The notes under the pieces were generated by a model, which saw only the letters and a program-made list of their open reading frames with translations, was not told the origin of the DNA and ran no database searches. Below, one piece after another: positions 42,486 to 55,302 of a stretch of DNA of 64,000 nucleotides. The DNA is from Diadema antillarum (lineage: Eukaryota): the NCBI RefSeq assembly GCF_040938485.1, contig NW_027271025.1:558001-622000 (forward strand). The letters are read 5' to 3'. The position numbers and the translations under genes are program-made. Within the stretch, counting starts at the first letter, position 1. Each line of letters opens with the position of its first letter.

Positions 42486-44040
42486 TACACACCTGCTCTT
42501 GCGAATACGTCTCAGGGAGCGGGGATATTTGAATGCTTTTTCAAGTTTAAAAACAAAAAGCATGACAGAAAGACTTTAACAGAAATGACTTTGTCATCCA
42601 TTCTTTTGTGACACTCGTCGCTTAATCCTTTGCTTTCCAGAGCGGTAAAATGCTTACTGAGATTCCCAAATGACAATCCACAAGCAAAGAAAGTTTGCAC
42701 CCAAGAGCAGCCCTTTTAGGTACGAAATGGACGACTTTGGTGCACTTTGAATTGGCTTGGCTGGTCTGGCTTTGTAGACTGGTAACTGAGTGAAAAGGGA
42801 CTGTTCAGCCAGAAATTGAGCAATGACAGAATTTTCCGGATTGTTACTTTGTTCAAGGGTGCAGACTTCCGACACTTATAGCCCATTTATCTGCCACGTG
42901 TTGCTGTACTTTGATCGTTCATGTTTTATATGATATCATAGCAGATATCGAGGTATTTAGGCAGACGTGCATAGCACAGTGCATTCAGATCGTATTCAGG
43001 TGGCGGTTATTTGCGTTACAGCCGTTGTTGTACCCATGCATCAAAAGAACGTGTATTATGGATCTAAGTTGCGGTGAGTCAGTAGGCCTACTAACACGAA
43101 ATGAATGATACGTTGATATAAACAATGGCGCCAGTGGTGCTGTGGTACGTACATCAAATTGATTTTTCTCACTTACTTAAGAACATTCGTAGAAATAAGG
43201 TGTTGCATGAAGAACGATCTACCGAATGTTATATTGACTATATCCAATGTTGAAAACAGCAAACTGCGCGTTCCTTGATTGCTTGAAGACAAAGTGATAT
43301 GGCAACATGATTAAAGAGTTTAGGCTACTTCACGTAAACGATGGGATACTATAGTCTTCATTAGTGTTTGAATACTTTCACTCTCTGCGATTTTGACAAG
43401 TGTGAGGATGTCAAAACGGCTTAATGAAACAACTATATACAGTGTGTCAAATATTCAGCCTTATTTCGATCAAATGATTAGAATAATATGATAGAATGTG
43501 ATAAGCAATGCTACCTTTTACTCAAAGTTAGCAATTTTACTGATAGAATATGATCTACAATACATTATAGTTTGACACAAAGTTGATAGGGTGGGAGTTG
43601 AAATACAGAGGGTCGTGCAAAAAGAAAGTGTTACATGTTTCATTTGAATCTCGATTTGACCGAATATTCTTCATTTTCCTCCATCATTTTTAGCCTTCCT
43701 TGATCTTTTGGGCTTAAAAGATATCATAGAGATCATAGGTTTACTTTACAACTTAATTCGTGTTTTGTTTTGTGTTAAATGTGTTGTTTATTCTTATTGT
43801 TATAAGGAAGAGCACCTACGCATGAATGACAACTTGCTCAGTTTTGCAATTTTTACTTTTGTGCCCTGGAAGAGAAAAACAAAGGTGTTCACTCATGTAT
43901 AAAGTTTTCCTTTTTTGTTGACATACCAAGTTGATAGCCAATTAAATTATCTTTGATATGGTATATAATACATCAACTTTTAGCCAAATAATCTATGAGA
44001 AATATAATCTTGAAAAAGTGTTTACTTTTTTTTTTGCTGA

Positions 44041-44043
<3 letters not shown>

Positions 44044-44071
<28 letters not shown>
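44044..44071. repeat. (TA)14 microsatellite
   Basis: Direct reading. Confidence 0.95.
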
Positions 44072-44075
<4 letters not shown>

Positions 44076-44196
44076 TATATGTACATATAGTATACACATA
44101 CAGTGTATATATGTATATATACAAATTAACAAAATTTACTAAAAGTATGCACCAGACCTTTACACTTCAATTCCCAAAATGCTATTTAAAGCAGCC

Positions 44197-44430
44197 TGTT
44201 TGTTTGTTTGTTCATTTCCTTCTGAGAAGATGGCTGAATAGCCCATATTCAGCTACACTAAGCTGGTCTTCCTTGGTGTCCAGTTGGATGTGAGGTGGAA
44301 CCACTTTACTGGGTTAAACACCCTGTTCTTTGCGATGAATGAATGAAGCGGGATCTTTTGCGTGCATGAGTTGTGCCTCTCTCATACACGGGATCTCTAT
44401 TTATGTCCTATCCGAGGGACAGAGTGTTTT
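44197..44430 (-). mobile_element. SINE-like relic with (AAAC)n tail
   Basis: Minus strand ccctcggataggacataaa...gcacgcaaaagatccc resembles conserved central SINE domains and ends in GAACAAACAAACAAAC. Confidence 0.4.
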
Positions 44431-46004
44431 TCATCTTGCTCGAGGGGATAGTGATCCTATGATTACAGACAACATTGCTTGCCTCGATTGCGTGTTAACT
44501 CTTCGACCTTTTATACAGGTATCCTTGCCCTCTCAACCCCCGAAAAACAAAGAAAAAATCTACGGCTATGATTATTTTGGTCTAATGGGATGTTTGAATA
44601 ATGTGACTGCTAGGGAAATTTTAGAGTAAAATACTACTTTTTTCTTAGTTGCATAATGTATGTAGAGTTAAAAAAAAAAAAACGGTTCCCTATAAAACGT
44701 CATTCTATAGTGCAAGCCCATTAATTTGCATAAACGAAATGGCTGCCAAATCATTTTCCATTCTTCTAGGCGATTCCCGGAAATTCGCCACAAAACTCAT
44801 GGGTCTTGTTTTTCTATTGCAGAAATTCATGGGCTTTATTTGCCCTGTGAAACACAAGCACTTTGTGTAATATTAATGGTACTTTTCAAGTCTCTTCATG
44901 GATGCAGAGAGAGCAGATACAATTATTCCGCTATTATGACGACACGACAAAATACAATCAGATTTTGGCGTTGATAACATCCAATATGATTAAACTGTTT
45001 AACTGCTTCTTCAGGGTCTTAAAATGTAACATCTTAGTTCTATTCTGCAGAAAACTCTATTCAATTTGGTTAAGCGGTCACAGAAAAATGTGAATTGTTG
45101 TAAAGCATGTCATGAGGCTGATTCTTCCAAGTATAGCACTTGGATGTTCTTGTGTGTGAACACAATAGACAGAACTTGGAGGGAAGAGATTCCTGACATG
45201 CTCAACAAAATTCCTCATTTCTCGTTGACCGCTGAAGCAAACCGAATGGGGTTTTCTGTAAGATGTGGGCAATGAGTTATAGTTTCATACCCTGAAACTG
45301 TATTTGGATTGATTGACTATTTTTAAAGTTATCATTGAGGAGGTTCCCATTGTATGTTTTTTTAGGACTATCAATGACCACTATTTCAGCAAAATATTTA
45401 CTCGGTGATATACCCTTAGATTGTGTACTAATGTTGATTTTGTGTCGTTTCGGAGGCATCCAAAAGGCATCAATCAAAGTTTGAAGTCAAAATGTTTGAG
45501 CGAGTTCTATGTGTCTCGTTTGGCCTAGTGTGATCATCTCCATGTTGTACAGTAGTTGAGTCGACTCTGATTTTCGTATTCAGTATCTCAATGGGTTTGA
45601 CACAACTGCTTATACGTACTGGTGTGAAATATGTGAGGCAGATCTCTCCATTATGTCTTGATCCGCGTTCGTCTTTACTCTTATTCTTCTTGGGGCTCTC
45701 TAGGAAGATGTGATCAAAACGTGTCTGACATAACTGCTGTTTCAAAGGAGTCAATCCCATTCTTTCACTTGTTCTTGTGAGAGAGCTACGCACTTTTCAG
45801 TTCACTCCTACTTAATAGCTTTAGCAATCCGCAGTGCAGTCTAGCTCCTTTCGTAATTGATCTGAGGAAACTGAGTTCCGTTACTCCCGCTATTTATAGT
45901 ATGTGCCTATAAACATACACACCAGAAGTCAGAGTTCTGCTTTGACTTCAGCCGGCATCAGGTGACTCACATGTAAGGGGTAGAGATGTTCAGCGAGAGA
46001 TGAT

Positions 46005-46590
46005 CAGTTCAGTACAGTTTATTTCATTTTATTTAATCACGGCAATTTGTTTCAGCAAAGCTGTTCTTCTGCAAATCCGTGAACAATATAAAAATAGCAG
46101 AAATACATACAAAGTGCAAATACAATAATAAAGAAATGAACAAGTGTCAGGTAGCAGCAAAAGCAACGAAACATTATGAAAAGTGCAGCAAAGAAAAAAA
46201 AGGAAAACGAAGCAAATACCCTAAGAAACAAAAAAGTATCAAGATGATGATGATCCTCAGTATATGTGTAGCGACATACACGTATATCTGTTGCAGAAAT
46301 ATTCAAAGGCGCAGACTCCTTCAAGAGATCGAGTAGCAATTGAATGCCTAGTGAATAATGTGAGTCTTGAGGGAGGCTTTGAAGTGTTCCAGTTTGTCAA
46401 TTTCACAGAGAAAAGATGGCAGGGAGTTCTATAGACTATGAGCGATAGTCTCCATATCCCTTGAGATGTGTAATGGGCGTCTGGAGAGTAATGCCATATG
46501 AACGGAGTACAGAACGAGGCTGACGCCGCTCGATGGAACGCAAGTATCCTGAGGCCTGCAATTACGCAATGCGGGGATTCCCCGGATGAT
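46005..46590 (-). mobile_element. Old L2/CR1 3' fragment
   Basis: Relic translation ...NSLPSFLCEIDKLEHFKASLKTH, and a minus-strand tail AATAAACTGTACTGAACTGA. Confidence 0.6.
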
Positions 46591-47144
46591 TTTTTTTTTT
46601 CTTGTCCGAAAAAGTTTGAACAATGGGCCTATCATTTCAGTTCAGTTCAAATTTATTTCATATTTCCATTTTCTCAATGATGACATTACAAAATTATTGA
46701 CAACAAAACAAGAGTACAAAATATATACAATCATGTCTTTTGATTGTAGAAGAAAAAGAAAAAGAAAATATACTTGACACAAATGTACATGGTCACATCG
46801 TATGAAAATGTCACTAGTAAGTATAAGAAATATGATGGGGCCTACATAAAAGCTTTAAAGTTTGTAAAACTGTAGGTTCCCGAGTTCATAGGCATATAAC
46901 TTTACACGGAGAACGGATATGTTTGTCTTGACCAACTAAAATTACACCAGTACAAAAAAAAAAATAGATGAGTAATAAACTAATGAACCACATAGATATC
47001 GCACAAACCAGACTGCATACAAATCTCGCAGTGTTTGAATAACAAAAAATGCTGTATTATTAAAAGATGTATCGGTACCATGAAATAACTTAAGTAACTC
47101 GGTGCTGCGGACAAGGACAAAAGACTGGGAGCATAAAAAGGTTG

Positions 47145-50100
47145 CTAAGGGCTTGGTAGTGTGTATCCACTAAGTAATAACTGTTTTAATTTGCGTTTGA
47201 AGGTGAATAAAGATAAGGAAGAAGTGATATCTAGAGGGAGATCATTCCAATATCTGGGTCCAGTAAATATAATTGTCTTCTTTGCAAAAATAGTGCGAGT
47301 ACGGGGAAGGTGATAGGCGTCACTCTGGCGAGTGGGATAACAGTGGATAGAACGATTCCTTTTGAACATGTGGATAAAAACAGATGGTAATTCATTAGTT
47401 GTTAGTTTATACATGAAAATTCCGAGATTATAATAATATAAGTCTGAAATTTTCAGAATTCTGTTTTGATGGAAAAAACAATTGGTATGGGCAAAATATC
47501 CGGCGTGGTTTATGATTCTTATTGCACGCTTTTGAATACGGAGAAGGGAATCTAGTAATGAGTGAATTGCATTTCCCCACGCCAAAATTCCATAATTGAA
47601 GTGTGGAGATATTAAACAAGAATATATACTCTGCAAAATATGAACAGGAAAAAAATGTTTTAGCTTATTCAAGATCCCAATATTTCTAGACAAAATTTTA
47701 CTTACAAAATTAACATGAGTTTTCCAGGATAATTCTTGGTCAATCCAAAGCCCTAAAAACTTTGTGTTATTAACCTGCTTTAAACATAAATCATTTATTT
47801 TGATATCATATGGAACAACATTCAAAGAATTACTAAATACCATATAATGAGTTTTTTTCTATGTTCAAGGACAATTTGTTCGCATAAATCCAGGATTGCA
47901 CGGACCTGAGCTCAGTATTCATCATATTCATTAATGCATTAGGGTCTCGATGTGAAAAAAACAAGCTTGTGTCATCGGCGAAACAAATGAATGACAAAAT
48001 TTGCGATGATTTTGGAAGATCGTTTATGTATACTATAAATAAAAGTGGGCCCAAGAGGGAGCCCTGCGGGACTCCACATGAAATAGGCTTTAATTGCGAA
48101 TCATGGCTATTGATATTAACAAATTGCTTTCTTTCTGTTAAATAACTCTTAAACCATTCTAAGGGGGTACCGCGGATTCCATAGTGACACAATTTATAAA
48201 ACAAGATTTCATGATCTATCGTGTCGAAAGCTTTAGAAAAATCAAGAAAAACTCCAATTGTATGTTCAAAACTATCTATAGCATGAGCTACCTTGTCTAT
48301 AAAAGTAAGTAAAGCATGGGTTGTGTTGTAATGTTTTCTAAAACCAAACTGAGAATCCGACAGAATGTTATGATTTGTGAGAAATTTTAATAATCGTGTG
48401 TAAACCACCCTTTCGAGAATTTTAGAGATTGAAGTCAACAAAGAAATTGGTCGGTAATTATTCACCAAATCTTTCTGTCCCTTCTTAAAGATAGGGACAA
48501 CTTTTGCGACCTTCATCTTATTGGGGACTTTGCCATTAAATAAGGATTGATTGAAAATGTATGTGAGAGGAGTAATGATTTCGTTTAAAACATTTTTTAA
48601 AAGAAAATTTGTAATTCCATCATATCCTGAACTTTTTTTATCGTTCAAATTCTTAATAATATCTATAATTTCTTCTTCAGCAATAGGTTAAAAAAATATT
48701 GATTGAGAATTCCTATTACCTAAGTATCTATAAAATTCAGTTGATGATTTCGGGATTTTACTGGCAAGATGTGGACCAAGAGTTGCAAAATAATCATTGA
48801 AAGATTCCGCCATATTGACCGGGTCGTTAATCTGGCGGCCGTCCACTGAAATATATTTAGGAGGATCAGTATTGTTTTTATGTTTGAGCGCCTCATTAAT
48901 CACCTTCCACGTACTCTTCACATCAGATTTATATTTAACAAACTGTCGGGAAAAATAATTTCGCTTGGCTATACGTATTATGGATGTCAATATATTCCGA
49001 TAACGAACATATCTTAATTTGTTTAAAGGGGATGGATCTTTACGATACTTATGAAAAAATTTATTCTTGCGGTTAATGGACCTGAGAAGAGATTTTGTAA
49101 CCCATGGTTGTCGTGGTACTTTTTTATAATTAGAATGGTGAGGTCTTCGGAGAGGAACACAAGAATCATAATTAGCCATCAAAATATTCATAAAATTTTC
49201 AAAGGCTAAATCAATGTCGCTTTGACTGTATACGGTGGACCAATCCTCTGAACTTAATTTCTCCCTAAGTTTATTAAGGTTGGATTCCGACATTACACGA
49301 ATACCTGGGTTATGGGTGTGAGAAGCATTAGCAGTCATAAACTGGACACAAGGGCGTAAATTGGGAAATGATCAGTAACGTCAGAAACTATTATGCCAGA
49401 TGTAATGTCAGAAAATGAATCATTTACAAAAATGTTGTCAATAAGAGTAGATACATCATCAGTTATTCGAGTCGGTTTCCTTATAAGGGGAATAAATGAT
49501 TTCGACAACATAAGATTAAGAAAATCTGCGCATAAGTGATTATCACTGTAATTAAGGAGATTGAGATTAAAATCACCCATGACAAAACATGTCTTACTGT
49601 CAAAGTAAGTGTTCGAGATAAGGCCGCAGAATAACTCTAAAAATTCAGCAGGGTTTGAGCTTGGGGGTCGATAAATCTCCCCAATTATAATATTACCTTT
49701 GTTTGAAGTTTTGACCTCGATAAATACACTCTCAAATGTATCTGACATCACGCTGTATTTTTCTAAGAAGACACAGTCTAAATTCTGTGACACATAAAAT
49801 CCGACTCCCCCACCTTTCTTCCATGTTCTATTATTTGTTATGAGTTTAAAACCGTCTATAGTAAGCAGCGAAGAGGGTGATGTCTCCTTCAACCAAGTTT
49901 CACTGAGCCCGATAATATTATATTTGGATTTTAATATACTCACAAAAGAAAGAAATTGATCAAAGTTTTTATTTAAGCTTCTGATATTAAAATGTGAAAT
50001 AAACAGTTGATTTTCGTCGGTATGAGTGAGTGAAGTAAGCTCATCCTCTGTGTGGTAGTGAGTGAATACATTTTGGACTGCTGTATCGCTACAGTCAAAA

Positions 50101-50267
50101 TCCAGTCTTAATTCAGGAGTTTGCATATTTAAGAAAGTGACGATGTCGGAATCCTCACCCTCTTCGCTGTCTACTGAAATTACTGGTGTCATATCAGCAA
50201 ATGACTGAGGATAAAGGGTGGCAACTGATGCGGCATTCGAGTTTACAGTAGTATTTGAATTCATCAT
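47145..50267 (-). pseudogene. LINE B ORF2 (APE and RT) with three lesions
   Basis: Frameshift at ~49337, in-frame TAA at 48688-48690, and an extra A in an A7 run at 47852-47858. Motifs ETWL, GDFN, DHFP, GVPQGSLLGP and FADD are present. Confidence 0.9.
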
Positions 50268-51418
50268 TGTGACTGATACAAGGCAGGTGAATATGAAGAC
50301 AGGCTGTAAACAGGAAATAACTTCTTAAAAACACATCTGCTGCTTGGTTTTATAGGGAGACAAGTGGGAGAACATTCACCCTGATAATATATGGGAAAAG
50401 AATGTCCAATGGCCATACATAAAACAATGCATGCCAAAAATGCAAAGGTAACTGCACCAGTATAGTAAGTAGGGAATGAGGTTGTTGCTAGGCTATATGA
50501 GGCCAGAATTGCACTGAAGAGTTCAGAGAAGCGAATGCCAGAGCAAACAGACAACAAATAATTGGGGGTGAACAAAAACACCATAGCAACACATTTATGC
50601 CTACACAATGATAACAGTTTGCAGAGGGTAGGAGGCAAATTACGTAGAGGAGTCAGAAGCACCGGGATGACACATTTTTGCATAAACATTGATAACAAAT
50701 CACTGAGAGGAGTCGGAAGTACCGTGGTAACACGTCTTTGCATGTACAATAACAAATAGCTGAGAACAGGTAGTGAATTGATTTGCGAGGTCAAAAACAC
50801 CGGAATAATGCATTTTTGGATACACAAGGATGACAGATTGCTCAAAGCTGATGACAAATTGATAGCGGTCGAGAGCACCGGCATAACACATTTTTGCATA
50901 CACAATAGGAAGTTCATTAACACTGTTATGTAAATTTTTGTGAATTTCGCCAGGAGAGAAAGCACAGTGAGCGTGCATAGAACAATGTAAAAAGGTATAC
51001 CGAGTACTGGTTCTTTACATAGTGGATATGGTAATACAGTTCTCAGTTCAAATCTAAACATACGAGTGGTTATACGTACGTTCATAAGTATGCACTTGGC
51101 AGAATTGTGAAAAATCAAATTAATATATCCAGGTAAGACAGATTTTGATGTTGCGTACATGGAATGTATGTCAAGGCAAAATGCAAACACTGCTGAGCAC
51201 ATAACAAAATCTAAGTTGAAATGAATATCAATCGCTGTGTCGTGTGCGTACTTAAAGCACACAGAAAGATACATAATCAATAAAAAATTACTTACATACA
51301 TGTCTTCTTTAGACCGTTTTCTCCAGATGTTACCCGCAGCCACCCTCCCTCCCTCACCCTTGAAAAATCCCTTTGCAATCAAAGTACAGACATTATTGCG
51401 ATTTACTTCTTTTCGCAT
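50264..51418 (-). CDS. Hydrophobic Cys-rich 384-aa ORF upstream of LINE B ORF2 (atypical ORF1 or detached ORF2 N-terminus)
   Basis: Open for 384 codons from an ATG. The stop overlaps the ORF2 ATG (ATGA). It contains internal 19-27-aa repeats. No domain recognised. Confidence 0.5.
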   Translation of the reverse strand: MRKEVNRNNVCTLIAKGFFKGEGGRVAAGNIWRKRSKEDMYVSNFLLIMYLSVCFKYAHDTAIDIHFNLDFVMCSAVFAFCLDIHSMYATSKSVLPGYINLIFHNSAKCILMNVRITTRMFRFELRTVLPYPLCKEPVLGIPFYIVLCTLTVLSLLAKFTKIYITVLMNFLLCMQKCVMPVLSTAINLSSALSNLSSLCIQKCIIPVFLTSQINSLPVLSYLLLYMQRRVTTVLPTPLSDLLSMFMQKCVIPVLLTPLRNLPPTLCKLLSLCRHKCVAMVFLFTPNYLLSVCSGIRFSELFSAILASYSLATTSFPTYYTGAVTFAFLACIVLCMAIGHSFPIYYQGECSPTCLPIKPSSRCVFKKLFPVYSLSSYSPALYQSQ

Positions 51419-53133
51419 TACGTGTAAATTATAATTTTGTTATCATTTTCATGGAATTGTGAAGAAAAAAGACAAAAGGTTATAATAGTTTCAGTCATAA
51501 CACAGTACAGACTATTTCATGTCGGATATACTATAATCACAGATTGCGATAAAAAGCATATCACATTTTACATGTTTTTTCTCCAATAGCCGAGTATTGG
51601 GACATAATGGGAAAAATAGAGGAATTAAGAAACATTCTTCCTACCAGTAAACAGACCAAATCTGTTGAACAGTAAATTAGATCATTACTTTTCAATCACA
51701 TAATTTAAACGTGTTATGAAGTCAGAGGTTAAGTTCCAGTCGTAGCATAGTGCAAGCCATCTCGTGCTGGATATGGTAGTCTAAGATTACGAGAAAAACA
51801 ATTTTCCATTTGCCGAATATTAGAGCAGATGTAGAAGAAAGAAAGAAAATGTACAGGAAGACGCTTACTTCCAATCAATATATATACCAAATCTGTTGGG
51901 CAGTAAACTTCAGAGTTCAATCATTGCCATTCAATCCCATAAACGTATAATGAGCGCACTGTTTATATTTAAAATCAATTCAACCAAAATGAATAATTGA
52001 CTGTGTGAGCCGCTGCATCGGCCTCATACACTTAGTATAATTGTTGAGTGCTTTGTTTGAATAACATGACATAATGTTTGAATAACATGACACAAAAAAG
52101 AAGGAAAAGGAACGAACACAACTCGTGGTAGCTATTTGAAATTTGCGAGTGGTGCTATATCAGTGAGAATAAATTTACGTAGTCTTCTATCAGCCAATCT
52201 TCTATCTTCTATCAGCCAATTCTATCAGCCAATCGTTGAGTGTTTTGTTCGTACATGCATGATTCGTACATGCATGATACTGACGTTGTGATACAGTTTA
52301 CTGTATTTGGGCAGAGTGCAAGGTTCATTGTTAATCAAAACAGGCCTGCTCCCGCCATCTGGAATTCTCTCTCTGAAATCTGTTGTCTTAAATATAAGAA
52401 GGTGAATTATGGACTTCAGCACCGGTGAGCACTAACACAAAATGTACCATACGACGACAGTAAACATTAACATCAGCGGTACTGTGGTGTACATTGCTCG
52501 CCGACTCTAATATTTGTAGAAATTTACTATAGGAAGCATTCATGTGCAGACCATTCACTAGGCCTATACTGTTTGAGAACATTCTCAGAGCAAACCGTGC
52601 CCTTCCCTTGGTTGTGGACATGCGACGTGCCTACCTACATGAAAGAGTTTATGTTACTCTTTGTAAACTCCGGGTAGTAGATATCTGCTTGAACACTAAC
52701 TCTCCAGATTTATCGTATGTGGATGCCATACCGTTTCAATCACTCAAATATATATATTTTTTTTCGAAAGAATCTGAATCATCGGAATACCTTGGAAGGT
52801 ATTAAGCAGTGATATCTGTACTGCGGAGAAAGCTAACAATACATGTAACTTAGGCAAAATATAAACTTCTGACATGAAGAAATATATCAAATTGTTTTCT
52901 TTAAGGTTTAAGGTGAGACAAGAAAAGGGTGATGTTGTATTCAGGTTATTGCCTATAGGGACGCCTTCAAAGTAAAGTGACCTATAGTGACTGTGACGGA
53001 GAACCGTGATGTGCCTTGGTGAAACCAGGGTGGGGTGTAATAAAAGTGTCCATTCGGGACATGAGAGTTGGAGTTGGCAAACATGGCGTGAACAGCTGTA
53101 CTCATTCGGTGCTGATCCAAGAATGTTTTGTCG

Positions 53134-53166
53134 GCCTTTGATGCTGAAGTTTGGTAATGCAGTTCT
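53134..53166 (-). pseudogene. VPS26C: First 11 codons of the next VPS26C exon (RTALPNFSIKG); homology then stops
   Basis: Good acceptor (ttttccccttttttctggcacag|AGA). Matches human RALLPKFLLRG. The following sequence does not match HLNSTNCVITQPLTGE and there is no consensus donor. Confidence 0.65.
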
Positions 53167-53677
53167 CTGTGCCAGAAAAAAAGGGGAAAAAATCATGTTT
53201 AATAGCTAAATGAGAATATTACATCCAAGAGTAGATGCATACATCACCCTCCCTTTAAGTTTTCAACTGGCATACAAATGTTCTTCAGTTCATTAGACAA
53301 TAGAGTTCCATCTTGGAATCAAGTTATAAGAATGCTATGACAGAGCACAATATAACAAAGGACTTGTTATTTCTCAAAGTGGGGATTACTATTAAACTTA
53401 TCACTTTTAAGCCTTCAAATGGTATACCAGTAAACACAATGTTCAATAGAATTTACAGGCCGTTATTATCTTTTCTTAGAATCATTTAATTGAAAAAAAA
53501 ATACAAATTTTCAATGAACATTTATCATTTTGACCTTCATATGTGAGTAAATCTATGTCAGTCTAGCATTACATATGTTCACCCAAAAGTTCTCATTTTG
53601 TATAAATTCTAATAGATTGCTTGCTTGAAGAAATTTTGGGGCAAAGTTATCCTCTATTAAAGTGTTTTGAAAGATAA

Positions 53678-54372
53678 TATGTGACACTGCACCTCAAAAC
53701 AAACAAAAAGTCGCCAGACATGAATTTTAAGTTGAGACCATATTCTGAAAGAGCAGACTTTAAGCTTTAAAATGATATATAACTTTACTCAAATAGACTC
53801 TCCTAACCTATCTAAATATTGGAAAGAATGCACAAACACAGGAAAAGTGGGAACTGAGAAAAGAGGCTCTGAAGTACAGTGTCTATTCAAGCGCTTAATC
53901 TTTACCAAACCGTGCTGGCTGTGCAATGAATGGGACAAAAAACAGGAAGTAAACCACCAGAGTAACAACAATGAAGGGATTATCAGATTAAACTGAAATT
54001 AAGCATGCCTCATTGACACATTCTGTCCATAAATAATGCCAACTTTCAAAGCAGTAGCACTATCCTTTCAAAAGTTATTAGAGTCGAAGGTGAAGAGTGT
54101 GGACAAGGTTTTTCAGAAATGAAAAATGGATTCTAAAGACACACCTAATCACACTATTCTACAAAAAAATGTTCGAGATAAACTGCTAAAAAACACACTT
54201 TCCTGCCCGTTTTATGATCCCAAATTTTAGCATAATATCAAAGAAGACTAGTTCTTTCAGAAAATATGAAAAAGTCAAGTTCGGCTAGGTTGACCCATTT
54301 CACTTATTTTCAGTCCTCACGCAAAATCAGTGTGTGCGACTTTATGTTCGTTTTGAGGTGCACGGTCACATA
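53678..54372. mobile_element. MITE with ~37-bp terminal inverted repeats
   Basis: tatgtgacactgcacctcaaaacaaacaaaaagtcgc versus gcgactttatgttcgttttgaggtgcacggtcacata. Confidence 0.75.
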
Positions 54373-54559
54373 TTGCATTGGGGGCAATGCACATTGGAAA
54401 CATAAAATGACCTAACATCCCTGATTAAGTACCCTTTTGCTGTGGATGTATCCTAATGCATTTTCAAGAAGATGAAAATTGAATCCCAATTTGGTATTCC
54501 CTTCCCCAACCCTAAAGGGGGGGGGGGGGGGGTGGGCAAACCCTAGATCTGCCATGAAC

Positions 54560-55100
54560 AAACCTTAAACTAAAGTCACTGATATGCTTACTTGTAGCAT
54601 TAACTAGATTTTATCACTCATGGTTCTGGAGAAAAAAATGTATACAGATTCCACAACTTTTTTTGGGGGGGGGGCAGGAGCATCGCACCTCTTTATACAA
54701 ATAAAAAATGTATCATCCTAACGATAACATTTGCCAAGTTTGGTGAAAATGTACAGCGACCATGCATTTTTCAGAAGAAAAAAATGTAAAAATTGGGCCC
54801 CAACTTGGTGCCCCCTTGGGGCTTGGATTTTGGTGCCCCCCCCCCCCCCCCATTCCATCAAAAACAAAGTTGAAATTACAGTCTCCAGTGTACTCATAAC
54901 AATTCTAGCACATGTGGTTCTAGATAAGAAGATTTTCACAGTTTTTTTTTTTTTCAAATTGGGGGCTTCTGTGCCCCCTCAGGGCCCCTACAGGAGTATG
55001 GTGCCAATGTGAACAAACTGAGATCCTATCACCCAAAGGATGGCACCTGCCAACTTTGGTGAAAATCTGTCATGACTTTTTCAAGAAGAAGCTAAAAATG
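54560..55100. repeat. Degenerate pearl/Tsp-like repeat core
   Basis: Recurring tttggtgaaaat...agaagaa and ggttct.gagaa/ataagaagatttt motifs with C/G tracts. Boundaries are approximate. Confidence 0.4.
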
Positions 55101-55146
55101 TACCAAGTTTACATGCAATGCATGACAGAGCTAGAAAAGGCCTTAC

Positions 55147-55302
55147 ATCTTTGACATTCTGCAGTGACTCTGGTGTGATATGGAATGGTACTGGTTTGAG
55201 CTCTGCCTTGTCCTTCTGTGCCTTGTACTCTATGATGAATTCAATGGTCTTGGCCAAATCCTTGGCAAGAAGGGATCGTTTCACTTCTGCTTTCAAGGTA
55301 TA
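55147..55302 (-). CDS. VPS26C: VPS26C exon (156 nt): YTLKAEVKRSLLAKDLAKTIEFIIEYKAQKDKAELKPVPFHITPESLQNVKD
   Basis: KRSLLAKDL.KT.EFI and PV.F.ITPE.LQNVK. Borders are a T-rich tract cacag|...|gtaagg. Confidence 0.95.

Larger units (their letters stand above)
46636..51430 (-). mobile_element. CR1/L2-group non-LTR retrotransposon (LINE B)
   Basis: Upstream ORF, APE, RT and 3' UTR, ending in AATAAATTTGAACTGAACTGAA at ~46636. Confidence 0.88.

Noticed and set aside
42512-42875. Two short minus-strand ORFs next to the MITE complex
   Set aside because: No recognisable homology or clear splice structure.
50264-51418. 2A/StopGo peptide as known from some invertebrate CR1/L2 elements
   Set aside because: No D(V/I)ExNPGP motif in either LINE.
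52184-52233. Three copies of ttctatcagccaat (CCAAT-containing)
   Set aside because: Looks like local slippage; no linked TATA box or gene identified.
52920-52960. LNTTS in frame downstream of the broken VPS26C exon as the resumed exon
   Set aside because: The match is only about 3 of 5 residues, and the following sequence does not resemble C.I..PLTGELVVE.
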